Assembly (NCBI GenBank): GCA_032128875.1
Contig: JAVLKG010000012.1
Coordinates: forward strand, 64,001 to 128,000
From: Candidatus Melainabacteria bacterium 17Bon1m
GTDB lineage: Bacteria; Cyanobacteriota; Vampirovibrionia; Obscuribacterales; Obscuribacteraceae
Direction: 5' to 3'
Length of the DNA stretch: 64,000 nt
This document shows positions 30,401-38,959 of the stretch, piece by piece (position 1 is the first letter of the stretch; each line of letters starts with the position of its first letter). A program made the position numbers and the translations under genes. The notes under the pieces are model-generated. The model saw nothing but the letters and a program-made list of their open reading frames with translations. It made no database searches and was not told the origin of the DNA.

Positions 30401-30577
30401 CATAGTGCTGGGAATTTTGCCGTCCGTCAGCGACTCTTTATCAACCAACAACCAGTAAAGCGGGAATGATTGAGAATTATGAGGCTCTGCTTCGGAAATC
30501 ACCGCGACGCAAATGGTGGCAGTTTTGGAGATCTCCAGTACATGCTCGTTTTCTCTGTACTTTGCTCCTTGCGTCAT
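27479..30577 (-). CDS. purL: FGAM synthase synthetase subunit with N-terminal extension
   Basis: QTWSEHCKHK, KVETHNSPS, DGIHGA, ESQERM, HDISEGGL; N-terminal FLPGVTDN segment. Confidence 0.95.
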   Translation of the reverse strand: MTQGAKYRENEHVLEISKTATICVAVISEAEPHNSQSFPLYWLLVDKESLTDGKIPSTMQKDISAVLADSLSQEVLACIPEERSKWLERFAKEEYKHFAERQFLPGVTDNLAHTVEEALRLKGLKSIIKVASGKGFLFKEKSGDAKAISQMLIYKEYHPLTDRFVVHETSGDGAKLLKFPHVVLPETPKVENVNLELPDANLEALSKERLLALNLDEMKAIRQYYRLDKTKADRKGHGMPEMPTDVELEVLAQTWSEHCKHKIFNAKITHIDNSKPRELRSETITSLYKTYIKAATKKLSQWRKDLLSVFEDNAGVVKWDNETAVCFKVETHNSPSALEPYGGALTGILGVNRDILGTGLGAKPLFNTDIFCFAYPSPSLPQRPKLLPAKAILDGVRKGVEDGGNKSGIPTVNGAIYFDPGYRAKPLVFCGTGGLLPLYIKAGNETRDAVKKHTQAGDLIIMAGGRVGKDGIHGATFSSESLNEGSPMSAVQIGDPFTQKRLLDFVIDARDAGLITGITDNGAGGLSSSVGEMANITGGAIIHLDRVPTKYPGLADWEVVVSESQERMTISTNDFDGIKKLAEKHNVEVSNIGEFTNKGYFEVQNNGKTVALLDLEFLHDGCPVLSLESQWSPAQITMKTGKQPEHLGRVLLQLLKHPNICSREPIIRQYDHEVRGQSVIKPLMGPAQKAPCDAAVLLPRLTADLDHAPALAVSNGLCPRLSEHDPYLMAQCAVDEAVRNAVCVGADPDTLSLLDNFCWPDPVYSDSNPQGKRHLAELVRCCQGLYDAVIAYGAPLISGKDSMKNNFDDGALKLAIPPTLLISCMGRVPEARFARSMEFKKAGDLIYILSAGVLGLAASHYEEFNGWQSIMLPELDLDRAPTLYRRLHTAIKSGWIHSAHDISEGGLAACIAESVIGSRNGASLDIGEYHKYLSNLYEERGTQAFKSWDFVTRADALLFGEGPGHIVVSINPDHQSDFERHFEGLTSIKIGEVTAEQQLNIVDSEMKPEERDLISLSTQAMKTAWETALPFD

Positions 30578-31239
30578 CTCCTGGCGGTCTCCCTGTCTGT
30601 GCCTTCTTTTAATTGTGACTCGGTGCTGTCATCTTTCAGACGTTTGAAGTATGTAACTCCATCTTTGGCTATGTTTTGTAAAACTTGCGGGAAAAGCTCG
30701 TGTTCTATTTTTAGACCACGCGCTTTAAAACTTTCAATGGTGTCATCTGCTTCACGGCTAAATGTCGCTTGCGCTAATATCGGTCCGTGATCGACCTTTT
30801 CGTCTACCAGATGAACCGTAACTCCAGCGATCTTGACGCCATATTCGAAGGCTTCCTCGTATCCTCTTATGCCGGGAAAAGCCGGAAGCAAGGAAGGGTG
30901 AATGTTGATTACTTTGAAAAACCCGCGCGAGTCTTTGAAGTTTGCAAGAAACGCAGACGAAAGCACGCGCATATAACCAGCTAGCACCACGAAATCCAGA
31001 TCGTGCTTCTTAAGCTCAGCGACAACTTTCTCTTCGTGTTCTTTGCGCGACAGTCCAGCATTTGGCACCACGGCTGTCTGCACGCCGTGTTTGTTTGCAA
31101 TATCAATGGCACCCGCTCCAGGTACATTGACCAGTACGAGTTGAACCTTCGCATCTAGTTTGCCGGCAGCAATTGCATCTAAGATTGCTTCTAAATTTGA
31201 ACCTCTTCCAGAGGCGAGGACAGCTATGTTGATAGACAT
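30574..31239 (-). CDS. purN: Phosphoribosylglycinamide formyltransferase
   Basis: SGRGSNL, LAGYMRVL, NIHPSLLP, VDHGPI. Confidence 0.96.
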   Translation of the reverse strand: MSINIAVLASGRGSNLEAILDAIAAGKLDAKVQLVLVNVPGAGAIDIANKHGVQTAVVPNAGLSRKEHEEKVVAELKKHDLDFVVLAGYMRVLSSAFLANFKDSRGFFKVINIHPSLLPAFPGIRGYEEAFEYGVKIAGVTVHLVDEKVDHGPILAQATFSREADDTIESFKARGLKIEHELFPQVLQNIAKDGVTYFKRLKDDSTESQLKEGTDRETARR

Positions 31240-32570
31240 TGCCCAACCTCCTTAAGCGCGATATCAGATCGGCATGCCATGTCGGCAAATTTTACTTGTT
31301 TGATCGCTTTGTATGCGTTTTCCCGTGCCGCTTCGATATCATCACCAAGTGCAGTCAAAGCTAAAACTCTGCCACCATTGGTCAGCAGTTTTCCATCTTT
31401 CAATTGCGTCCCTGCATGAAAAAGACAGGCATCAGCAGGTAAATCACCAACTTCGATTTCTTTTCCTTTTGAAGATGATTCCGGATAATTCTCTGCCGAG
31501 AGCACCACGCAGACGCTGGCTTTATCGAACCATTCGATTTGCTCATCAGCTAAACATCCTTGTGCGCTTGCCCAGAGCAAAGGCAGGATGTCCGACTTTA
31601 GTCGCGGCATTAATGCTTGTGTTTCCGGGTCGCCAAAGCGAGCATTGAATTCGAGAGCATAAGGAACCAGCTCATTGTTTGAGGGTGGAGCTGTGCCATC
31701 TGAAGAGGCCGGTAGTCCAACTAAAATTCCAGCAAAGAGCATTCCTTTGAAATCGAGACTTCCGTTTTTCAAAGCTTCTTCAATTGGTTTGATTACTTGC
31801 GCTTCAATCAAGCTCTTGTTTCTGTCAAACAACCGGACCGGCGAGTATGCACCCATTCCGCCTGTGTTAGGTCCTTTGTCGCCATCAAATCTTCGTTTGT
31901 GATCTTGGCAAGCGGAAAGCGGCATCACACTCTGGCCGTCAATTAAAAGCAAGAGTGAAAGTTCTTCACCAATCAATTTTTCTTCGATGACGACAGTGGA
32001 GCCTGCCTCGCCAAATCGGCCTTCTTTAAATATTGCGGTCAGTGCATCCACAGCTTCACTTTCGCTGCTGCAGACGAAGACACCCTTGCCTAGTGCTAAA
32101 CCATCGGCTTTGATTACGCGGGCCCATTCATTTTCTTTGATGAATTTTTGCGCGGATTCGAAGTCGTGTAAAACTGCAAATCGCGCCGTCGGAATCTTAT
32201 GCTCCAGCATGAATTGTTTTGAGTGTGCTTTGCTCCACTCGAGTTTTGCCGCTTCTTTTTTCGGTCCGAATACTGTCAGGCCCTTCGCTTCCATGAAATC
32301 AACGATGCCGTCAGCAAGCGGATTATCTGGTCCAATTACGACAAAATCGATTTTGTTATTGAGCGCAAATTCACTCAAGCCAGCGAAGTCGCTTACCTGT
32401 AGATCCACATTGGAAATCCGTGCGTCTTGCGCTGTGCCACCATTTCCTGGAGCGCAGTAAATTTTGCCGGCAAACTGGCTTTGAGCAATCTTCCAGCAAA
32501 GTGCGTGCTCGCGGCCACCACCGCCAACGACCATCACGTTTATTTTGCTGTTGAGTTTGCCCTGTCCCAT
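31224..32570 (-). CDS. purD: Phosphoribosylamine-glycine ligase
   Basis: GGGGREHAL, KADGLALGKGV, GPNTGGMG, EFNARFGDPE; ATG 32570 preferred over track start, which overlaps purC. Confidence 0.96.
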   Translation of the reverse strand: MGQGKLNSKINVMVVGGGGREHALCWKIAQSQFAGKIYCAPGNGGTAQDARISNVDLQVSDFAGLSEFALNNKIDFVVIGPDNPLADGIVDFMEAKGLTVFGPKKEAAKLEWSKAHSKQFMLEHKIPTARFAVLHDFESAQKFIKENEWARVIKADGLALGKGVFVCSSESEAVDALTAIFKEGRFGEAGSTVVIEEKLIGEELSLLLLIDGQSVMPLSACQDHKRRFDGDKGPNTGGMGAYSPVRLFDRNKSLIEAQVIKPIEEALKNGSLDFKGMLFAGILVGLPASSDGTAPPSNNELVPYALEFNARFGDPETQALMPRLKSDILPLLWASAQGCLADEQIEWFDKASVCVVLSAENYPESSSKGKEIEVGDLPADACLFHAGTQLKDGKLLTNGGRVLALTALGDDIEAARENAYKAIKQVKFADMACRSDIALKEVGQCLST

Positions 32571-32577
32571 GCAGCTC

Positions 32578-33882
32578 TTACCTCGCACCTGTTGGAGCAG
32601 CTGGCGATGTTTCACCCTTAAGTTTCTCCGGCAGATCGCTGACGAACTGATCGAGAGTAGGGTGGTTTTCGAACACAGGCTCACCAATCAAGTGGTTTGC
32701 CAATGTTCCATACAGTTTATCTATTGATGCTTTCTCTTCTCCAGCCAAGCGCTCTGGTGAAGATTGCAGCTCCGAAAGCGCGATGCCCTTCCAGTCCGCG
32801 GCGCCTCGTCCTTTCGCCATTAGTTGCGCTTTCTTTAAAGACTCTTCCCATGGGGTTCCGCGGTAGATTCTACGGAGCATTTCTTTGGAGAGATGCACAC
32901 CCTTGTAGATAAGCCTTAATTCGTCAGGTCCAACACTGTCGGCAAGAAGCAGTATGCCACCAGTAGAGTTGCCTGTGCTTTCTGCGTCTTTGTGAGCGCC
33001 ATAATCAATTATCATTTCGAACTTGCCGTCCCACAGCTCAATTCCCTTTTCAGCAAAGAGAACATAAAGAGCCAGAGCGGCTTGGAATGACATTTCTGTC
33101 AGATATTCAAACTCGAAAGAATTTAGCCCCGATATGTGTGCTGCCTCTTGAGTGGAAAGCAATCTATCTTTTGGTTCGAGTTTTGTGAAAAATTCGATAA
33201 CCGGACGTTCCAACCATTCGCCTTCTTTTGGTTGTGTTTTCAATCCAAGTTGTCTGGCATAATCCGGATTTTTCTCGATTCTCTCTTTGAGCGAGCTACC
33301 TGCGGGCATGCCAAAGCGGAAGACAATTTCCAGCGGCACCAAGCGGCGACCGGTCATTTGTGCTTGTGCTTGCGCTTGGGTGTGAGGATAGAAATAGGTA
33401 GGCTGTCCGTCTATTTGATGCAATTCGGGACGTTCTACTCGAGCGGTCAAAACCTCCATCAAGGGCGTCGCGCCTAATATCGAATCGACCAATGAAATAT
33501 CTTTGGGATCGCTCTCGATCAAATCCTTGAAGTGATGCGGCAGCCCAAAACTTACGACACCGCAGACACCATCGAAAACAGGATGTTTGAATCGTGCATC
33601 TAAAAATGCTTTTTCAAAGCGTTCTAAATGTTTGTTGCCTTTTAGCCGTTGGAAAATATCGGGTGAGCCAAGTTGTTGGAAAAAGAACGCGCCCATTTTT
33701 GCCAGGGCGCGACCTTTGTTTTCGATTGTGTCAGGCATTTTGCCCCAATCGAAGACCGAGTAATCATCAGTGAAGTGGAAGAAAAGGCGATCGGGTTTTT
33801 CGTGCGTTTTAAAAACGCGTTTTACCGAACCTTCGTAAATTAGTTCCAATCCGCTTGGATTTTTTTGTTTTGTCACTGCCAC
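32578..33882 (-). CDS. purC: SAICAR synthetase, long form
   Basis: YEGSVK, DDYSVFDWG, PLEIVFR, TKLE, DGKFE, DSVGPDELR. Confidence 0.9.
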   Translation of the reverse strand: MAVTKQKNPSGLELIYEGSVKRVFKTHEKPDRLFFHFTDDYSVFDWGKMPDTIENKGRALAKMGAFFFQQLGSPDIFQRLKGNKHLERFEKAFLDARFKHPVFDGVCGVVSFGLPHHFKDLIESDPKDISLVDSILGATPLMEVLTARVERPELHQIDGQPTYFYPHTQAQAQAQMTGRRLVPLEIVFRFGMPAGSSLKERIEKNPDYARQLGLKTQPKEGEWLERPVIEFFTKLEPKDRLLSTQEAAHISGLNSFEFEYLTEMSFQAALALYVLFAEKGIELWDGKFEMIIDYGAHKDAESTGNSTGGILLLADSVGPDELRLIYKGVHLSKEMLRRIYRGTPWEESLKKAQLMAKGRGAADWKGIALSELQSSPERLAGEEKASIDKLYGTLANHLIGEPVFENHPTLDQFVSDLPEKLKGETSPAAPTGAR

Positions 33883-33892
33883 TCTTCTAACC

Positions 33893-35350
33893 TCAGCACG
33901 ACGAATGTTTTTTCACGCCTGACTCTCTATCGCGGGTGCGCATCGCTTCGAAATCGCGACCCGATGAAATGTCTGTCGGGTACTCTCCGGTCAGACATCC
34001 CAAGCATAAAGTCTCGCTTTCAAGCGCTTCTTTCAAACCACCAATGGTTTGGAAAATCACTCGGTCGACTCCGAGAATCTCAGCGATTTCATCGTTGGTA
34101 CGGTCGTGTGCGACCAACTCTTTTGCGCTCGGAAAATCGATGCCGTAATAGCATGGACTGACGAGCGGCGGACAAGTAGAAAGCAAAATCACTTCTTTGG
34201 CGCCGGCAAGGCGGATCAGTTTTACAATCTGCATCGAGGTGTTGCCCCGCACGATGCTGTCATCGACAATCAAGCAGCTCTTTCCCTCGAACTCTGGTCC
34301 GATTGGAAATAGTTTGCGCCGAATCGCTTCCTGACGGCTTTCTTGATCATCCAGAATAAAAGTACGATTGACATACCGATTTTTGATGAGCAATTCTCTA
34401 AAAGGAATTCCCATCGTCTCGGCAACAGCGATTGCGCTTACGCGGCTTGTTTCAGGAACCGGGACGACGACATCGGCACTAATGTTTTCTTTCTGCAGTT
34501 GGCGCGCTAAGACCTGTCCGAGTTTGAACCTTGCGTTGTACACAGAGGTCTCATCAATTTCTGACTCGACACGTGCAAAATAAACCCACTCGAACATACA
34601 CGGGGATATCGAGTCTTGTCTTATGACTTTGCGCTCGATGACTCCGCCTTTGGATATATAAACAAGCTCTCCAGTCTGTACGTCTTCGACATCGGTGAAG
34701 CCGAGGAAGTTAAGAGCGATCGATTCGCTGGCTAATGCATATACTGTGCTGCCATCCTCTTGCACGCGTCGTCCAAGACACAGCGGGCGGATGCCGTCCG
34801 GATCGCGAAAACCAAAAATATCTCCCTCGCCGGTCAGGCATATAACTGAATAGCTGCCAACGAGTTTGGACATTAGCCGTTTTACGGCGCCTTGCGCATT
34901 ATTGAAATCAATGGGGCCCGGCTCCAGCTCATCGCAAAGCAATTTGAGCATTAGCTCCGAATCTGATTCCACCCAAAGCGGCTTGCGCGTCTTGGAGTGA
35001 TAAAGCTCTTCGCGGAGCTTATAAAAGTTGACGATGTTGCCGTTATGACCGAGCCCAAGCCCTCTGTCGTAATCGAGAAAGGGTTGCAACATATTAGGAT
35101 CGTTGCGTCCTACGGTGGCGTAGCGCGAGTGCCCAAGCGCCGCATGACCGGTCAGGGTTTTGAAAGAACGCTCGGAAAAGACGTTTTCGACAAGGCCGCT
35201 TCCCTTTGTCAGGTGAAAGTTGCCTTTCTTCTTTGTGTCGATAGTAAGGATACCCGCTCCGTCCTGGCCTCGATGCTGCAGGTTCATCAAGCCAAAAAAG
35301 ACATCATAGGCTGATCCAGGAGTGCCCGTGATAGCAATCAGCCCACACAT
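33893..35350 (-). CDS. purF: Amidophosphoribosyltransferase
   Basis: N-terminal MCG, QHRGQ, HNGN, VDDSIVRG; Cys ligands in CMFE, PCYYG, CLGC. Confidence 0.97.
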   Translation of the reverse strand: MCGLIAITGTPGSAYDVFFGLMNLQHRGQDGAGILTIDTKKKGNFHLTKGSGLVENVFSERSFKTLTGHAALGHSRYATVGRNDPNMLQPFLDYDRGLGLGHNGNIVNFYKLREELYHSKTRKPLWVESDSELMLKLLCDELEPGPIDFNNAQGAVKRLMSKLVGSYSVICLTGEGDIFGFRDPDGIRPLCLGRRVQEDGSTVYALASESIALNFLGFTDVEDVQTGELVYISKGGVIERKVIRQDSISPCMFEWVYFARVESEIDETSVYNARFKLGQVLARQLQKENISADVVVPVPETSRVSAIAVAETMGIPFRELLIKNRYVNRTFILDDQESRQEAIRRKLFPIGPEFEGKSCLIVDDSIVRGNTSMQIVKLIRLAGAKEVILLSTCPPLVSPCYYGIDFPSAKELVAHDRTNDEIAEILGVDRVIFQTIGGLKEALESETLCLGCLTGEYPTDISSGRDFEAMRTRDRESGVKKHSSC

Positions 35351-35668
35351 ATGATTCGTCCGCCGTAAAAGGAGCGTCTAGGCCCCTAATGGTACGCTCT
35401 TGGACTGCTCGATCCAACGTCTCGGAGCTTTTTTCTTACAGTTCTTGTCATAGAAATTGGATTAAGGCCGCGGATTTCAATCAAAAGGACTGTCACCTGT
35501 CTTTGGGATATGTCGATCTCTTGGCAGCCGCCAGGACGAGTGTCGCACCCCAAAATAAGTGGCGCGCTGGTAATCTTGGTACCGTATACAGTGGCAAAGG
35601 TGCTGCAAAGCGATCAGGTTCTATTCTTCGCGTGCCAATATTCTGCGCGTTGAGAGAACCGTCACGCA

Positions 35669-36259
35669 CTATTCGTTCATGAAGAACTCATTTGTATTCG
35701 GGTTTCTACCCAGGTTTTCCCAATTTGAAGAGCTGGTCATTGTGACAGTGAAAGGGGCGTTCAAGCCTGGAATTTTCTTCTCGCCTATATTCACTAGCAA
35801 CATCGGTGAAACTTCCACAGTTGCGAAAAGTTCCAGCTCATATTGAAACGGTCCATTCGGCGAATCCGGGAGCCACTCCGACGGAATATGCTTGGGTTCT
35901 GACACGACTAGTTTTTTGTCTGGAGTAGCGGTTTTTGTTATCACCAATGCGAGTCGTAATTGCTTTGCATTGACTCCGCCGATTTTCTTGAGCAAATCTT
36001 GCAGGTTGACGTCTGACTCCAATTGTTCGAATGCGCGACTGAGGGTTTCGGCGCGGGCGAAATTGACTGAGTAGCTTGTGATTATGTGGTTGGCGAGCCC
36101 CCACCTTACAGGAATAACGCTCAGGTCCAAGAGCGGAATCACAAAAAATATCACGAGAACTGTAAGCGCGGCAGCGAACTCCGCTGCTTGTGCACCGGTG
36201 CTCTTTCGCCCGTTTGCAGATGCTGGTTTTGTTGATATCCTGGAGTTCTTGTGAGGCAC
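35669..36259 (-). CDS. TadE/TadG-like pseudopilin
   Basis: RKSTG|AQAAEFAAAL followed by a hydrophobic helix (Tad prepilin G-x4-EF motif). Confidence 0.65.
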   Translation of the reverse strand: MPHKNSRISTKPASANGRKSTGAQAAEFAAALTVLVIFFVIPLLDLSVIPVRWGLANHIITSYSVNFARAETLSRAFEQLESDVNLQDLLKKIGGVNAKQLRLALVITKTATPDKKLVVSEPKHIPSEWLPDSPNGPFQYELELFATVEVSPMLLVNIGEKKIPGLNAPFTVTMTSSSNWENLGRNPNTNEFFMNE

Positions 36260-36533
36260 GATGGAGTGTTTAAAACCCGTTCTATTATTGGCACCGCTTT
36301 ACCCAGAATATCACGCGTATTCAATCAGTTAAATGCCAAGCCATCCTGGCAGTTAGAATAGTATCTACAATCCCGGAAATTTCTTCGTCTATGTCATTCA
36401 TTGTAATTGCAACGTGGAGCATGAATAACCTCTCCGGCGAGCAGCTGTCTGCCACTGCTGATGGTATCACTCGGAATGCCTCGGTCGCAGGTTTTATGTT
36501 CTAACTTTGTTTGTGCAATTTAAGGAACTTTCT

Positions 36534-37049
36534 ATGTCGGACCCGAACACAAATTTAGCAGACGTTAGAAGGCGCGCCGAATCCGGCGATGCTGTCGCGC
36601 AATGCACGCTTGCGTTTTACTATATAGAAGGTAGGGGCGTCGACAAAAATCCTGCTGAAGCTGCTGCCTGGTACCAACGCGCGGCCGAACAGCAAAATGC
36701 TGCCGCGCAATACAATCTGGCCGACTTGTACTTGAGAGGAAGTGGCGTCAAGCGTGATGTGGAGCGAGCAATTGAACTGTTTTCCAAAGCTGCGGAAAAC
36801 GGTGATCATGATGCAGCCTTTTGCGTCGGTTTGATTTACGACCGTGCCGATGGCGTTGAGCAGAATTTAGAACGCGCCTTTCACTGGTACAAGCTGGCGG
36901 CGGAGAATGGCTCTGCACGCGCTCAATACGATCTTGCGGTTATGTATCGAGAAGGCAGAGGCGTCGAGCCTAACGTTGAACTGGCACGGCACTGGTTTTC
37001 TCAAGCAGCACAAAACGGCGTTGCGCGCGCGCAGTTAGAACTGGAATAA
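36534..37049 (+). CDS. Sel1-like repeat protein
   Basis: Four repeats of AQYNLA..Y..G.GV......A..W...AA; AAGGA RBS. Confidence 0.92.
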   Translation: MSDPNTNLADVRRRAESGDAVAQCTLAFYYIEGRGVDKNPAEAAAWYQRAAEQQNAAAQYNLADLYLRGSGVKRDVERAIELFSKAAENGDHDAAFCVGLIYDRADGVEQNLERAFHWYKLAAENGSARAQYDLAVMYREGRGVEPNVELARHWFSQAAQNGVARAQLELE

Positions 37050-37057
37050 GCGAAAGA

Positions 37058-37164
37058 GTAGTGGAGCGCATGTGCAAGTTTTTCGTAGGGGAGGCACATG
37101 TGCAAGTTTTTCGTAGGGGAGGCACATGTGCCTCCCTGTACAGCGAGCCGCATGCGGCTCCCCT
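37058..37164. repeat. REP-like palindrome cluster with 28-bp tandem duplication
   Basis: CATGTGCAAGTTTTTCGTAGGGGAGGCA twice (37069-37124); GTAGGGGAGGCACATGTGCCTCCC; GAGCCGCATGCGGCTC. Confidence 0.75.
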
Positions 37165-37178
37165 CCAAGTTATTGAAA

Positions 37179-38696
37179 CTATCGGTTTGCCGGAACGCCT
37201 GAAGCGCCCGGAGCTTTCGGCTGTGCAAAGTCTGCTGCCGCATGTCCGGTTGGTTTTGAACCTTCCGCTTGAGCTGCTTTTTTCGTGTCAATCACCGGCT
37301 TGCCGAGTTTTGCCAAAATCTGCTTTCTTACTTCTTCATCTTTGAAGGGCTGGATTGGCTGACCTTTTGCTTTGCGAACTTCGTTTTGAGCTTCTGCGAT
37401 AGCCGCCAGCAGCTGGATGTCGTAACCGTCTGCCGGCTCTCTATTGAAGCGCTTGAAAGTCGGGTCGATCCACCATGGACCAAGACCTTTCTTGTACTCA
37501 TCATCGGAGAGTTTTACTTCGATGTTGGGCAAAATACCTTTCTTGTGAATGTAGTTGCCGCCTGCCGTTAAGTATTTGGCGATACTGTAATTCATGCCCG
37601 AGCCATCGTCGAGCTTTTGAATCGCCTGCACAAGACCTTTTCCGAACGACTTTGTACCAACCAAAACAGAGCGATCGTTTTCTTTCAATGCCCCGGCGAG
37701 AATTTCGGATGCCGAAGCCGACGAGCCGTTGATCAAGGTGACGATTGGTTTTTCGAAAGTCGGTTGACCTCTGGAAATAGTGCTTGCTTTGCTCTCGTTT
37801 CCGTCGACCGTGCTTACGATAACTCCACCTTTTAGAAACAGATTTGCGATTTGAACTGCGTTGTCCAACAGACCGCCCGGGTTGTTGCGCAGGTCTAGAA
37901 CAAGCGAGTCCGCGCCTTCTACTTTGGTGAGCGCGTCTTTCAATTCTTCGGTCGCCTTCGCTGAGATGAAGCTGTCCAGTCTGATATAACCGACATTGCC
38001 TGGCATTATCACTGTTTTGGTGACGGCTTTCACCGGAATCTCTGCGCGAGTCAGAGGTATGGGAAGGCGCTTGCCGTCGCGCAACATGGTCAAAGTGACT
38101 TTGGTGTTGATTGGCCCGCGAATCTTTTTGACGACAGAATCGAGGGGCTGACCAGCAACCAGCTCTCCATCGACTTCAAGGATTTCATCTCCGGGCAAAA
38201 CACCTGCGGTTGATGCAGGGCTGCCGGCGATTGGGGCTATGACGACAATCTTTTTCAGCTCGCTCATACCTAACTGAATGCCAACGCCGAAGAGGTGCGC
38301 TTTGATTGAGTTGGTTTCGTCAGCAAATGCTTCCGGGTTCAAAAATCTTGTGTAAGGGTCGCCCAAGCTGGCGAGCATTGATTCGATCGCCTTGTAGGCG
38401 TCGTCTTTTGTTTTGATCTTGGTGTCGTAGTGGTGCTCCCAGCGCGACCAATCTTGCCCACCGTAGCTTTTGTCGAAGTATTGTTGATTGATGATATTCC
38501 AGCAGCGATGGTAAAGGTAAATTGGTGATACCGCTGATGATGGCAGGGCTTGCGCAATGAGTTGATGATGCATTTCATTGCGAAGAGCAATGGTGTTGGT
38601 TGCGTTGCCTTTCGCACCAACGTCTTGTACTACAACAGGCAATAGCAGGCTCACTGCCGTAGCTGCGCCGAAGAGCGTCCTAAAAATAGATTTCAT
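37179..38696 (-). CDS. ctpA: Carboxyl-terminal processing protease, S41 family (CtpA-like) with PDZ domain
   Basis: LGDPYTRF, GVGI, DLRNNPGG, SASASEI, FGKG; signal peptide. Confidence 0.92.
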   Translation of the reverse strand: MKSIFRTLFGAATAVSLLLPVVVQDVGAKGNATNTIALRNEMHHQLIAQALPSSAVSPIYLYHRCWNIINQQYFDKSYGGQDWSRWEHHYDTKIKTKDDAYKAIESMLASLGDPYTRFLNPEAFADETNSIKAHLFGVGIQLGMSELKKIVVIAPIAGSPASTAGVLPGDEILEVDGELVAGQPLDSVVKKIRGPINTKVTLTMLRDGKRLPIPLTRAEIPVKAVTKTVIMPGNVGYIRLDSFISAKATEELKDALTKVEGADSLVLDLRNNPGGLLDNAVQIANLFLKGGVIVSTVDGNESKASTISRGQPTFEKPIVTLINGSSASASEILAGALKENDRSVLVGTKSFGKGLVQAIQKLDDGSGMNYSIAKYLTAGGNYIHKKGILPNIEVKLSDDEYKKGLGPWWIDPTFKRFNREPADGYDIQLLAAIAEAQNEVRKAKGQPIQPFKDEEVRKQILAKLGKPVIDTKKAAQAEGSKPTGHAAADFAQPKAPGASGVPANR

Positions 38697-38959
38697 CCGT
38701 TGAGCCACCTTAATCTCCACCAACTACAAAGGTCAGGAGTTGAAGCCTCCAGCCTGATGCCTCTTAACATCTTGATGCCGCAGCCTGTTAAGTATATAGA
38801 ACTGTGTTGGAAGTATAGAACGACCAAGGCTTTCTTGTACGTTTAGCAAGCGTCTGAGCACAGAGAATTTACGCTACGGCATGTTAGGAAACAGAATCAC
38901 CAAATAGCCTAGTCGACGGCCATTATCTAAAAGTTCCTACTTTGGCAGGAATATTTAGC

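Noticed and set aside
35351-35668. ZTP or purine riboswitch upstream of purF
   Set aside because: Only a GGGGTGCGAC fragment resembles the ZTP motif; the 5' GACUGGCG and 3' CGCCUGGGC pseudoknot elements are absent. An Rfam scan would settle it.
37069-37130. CRISPR-like direct repeat
   Set aside because: Two abutting 28-bp units with no spacer and no cas genes.
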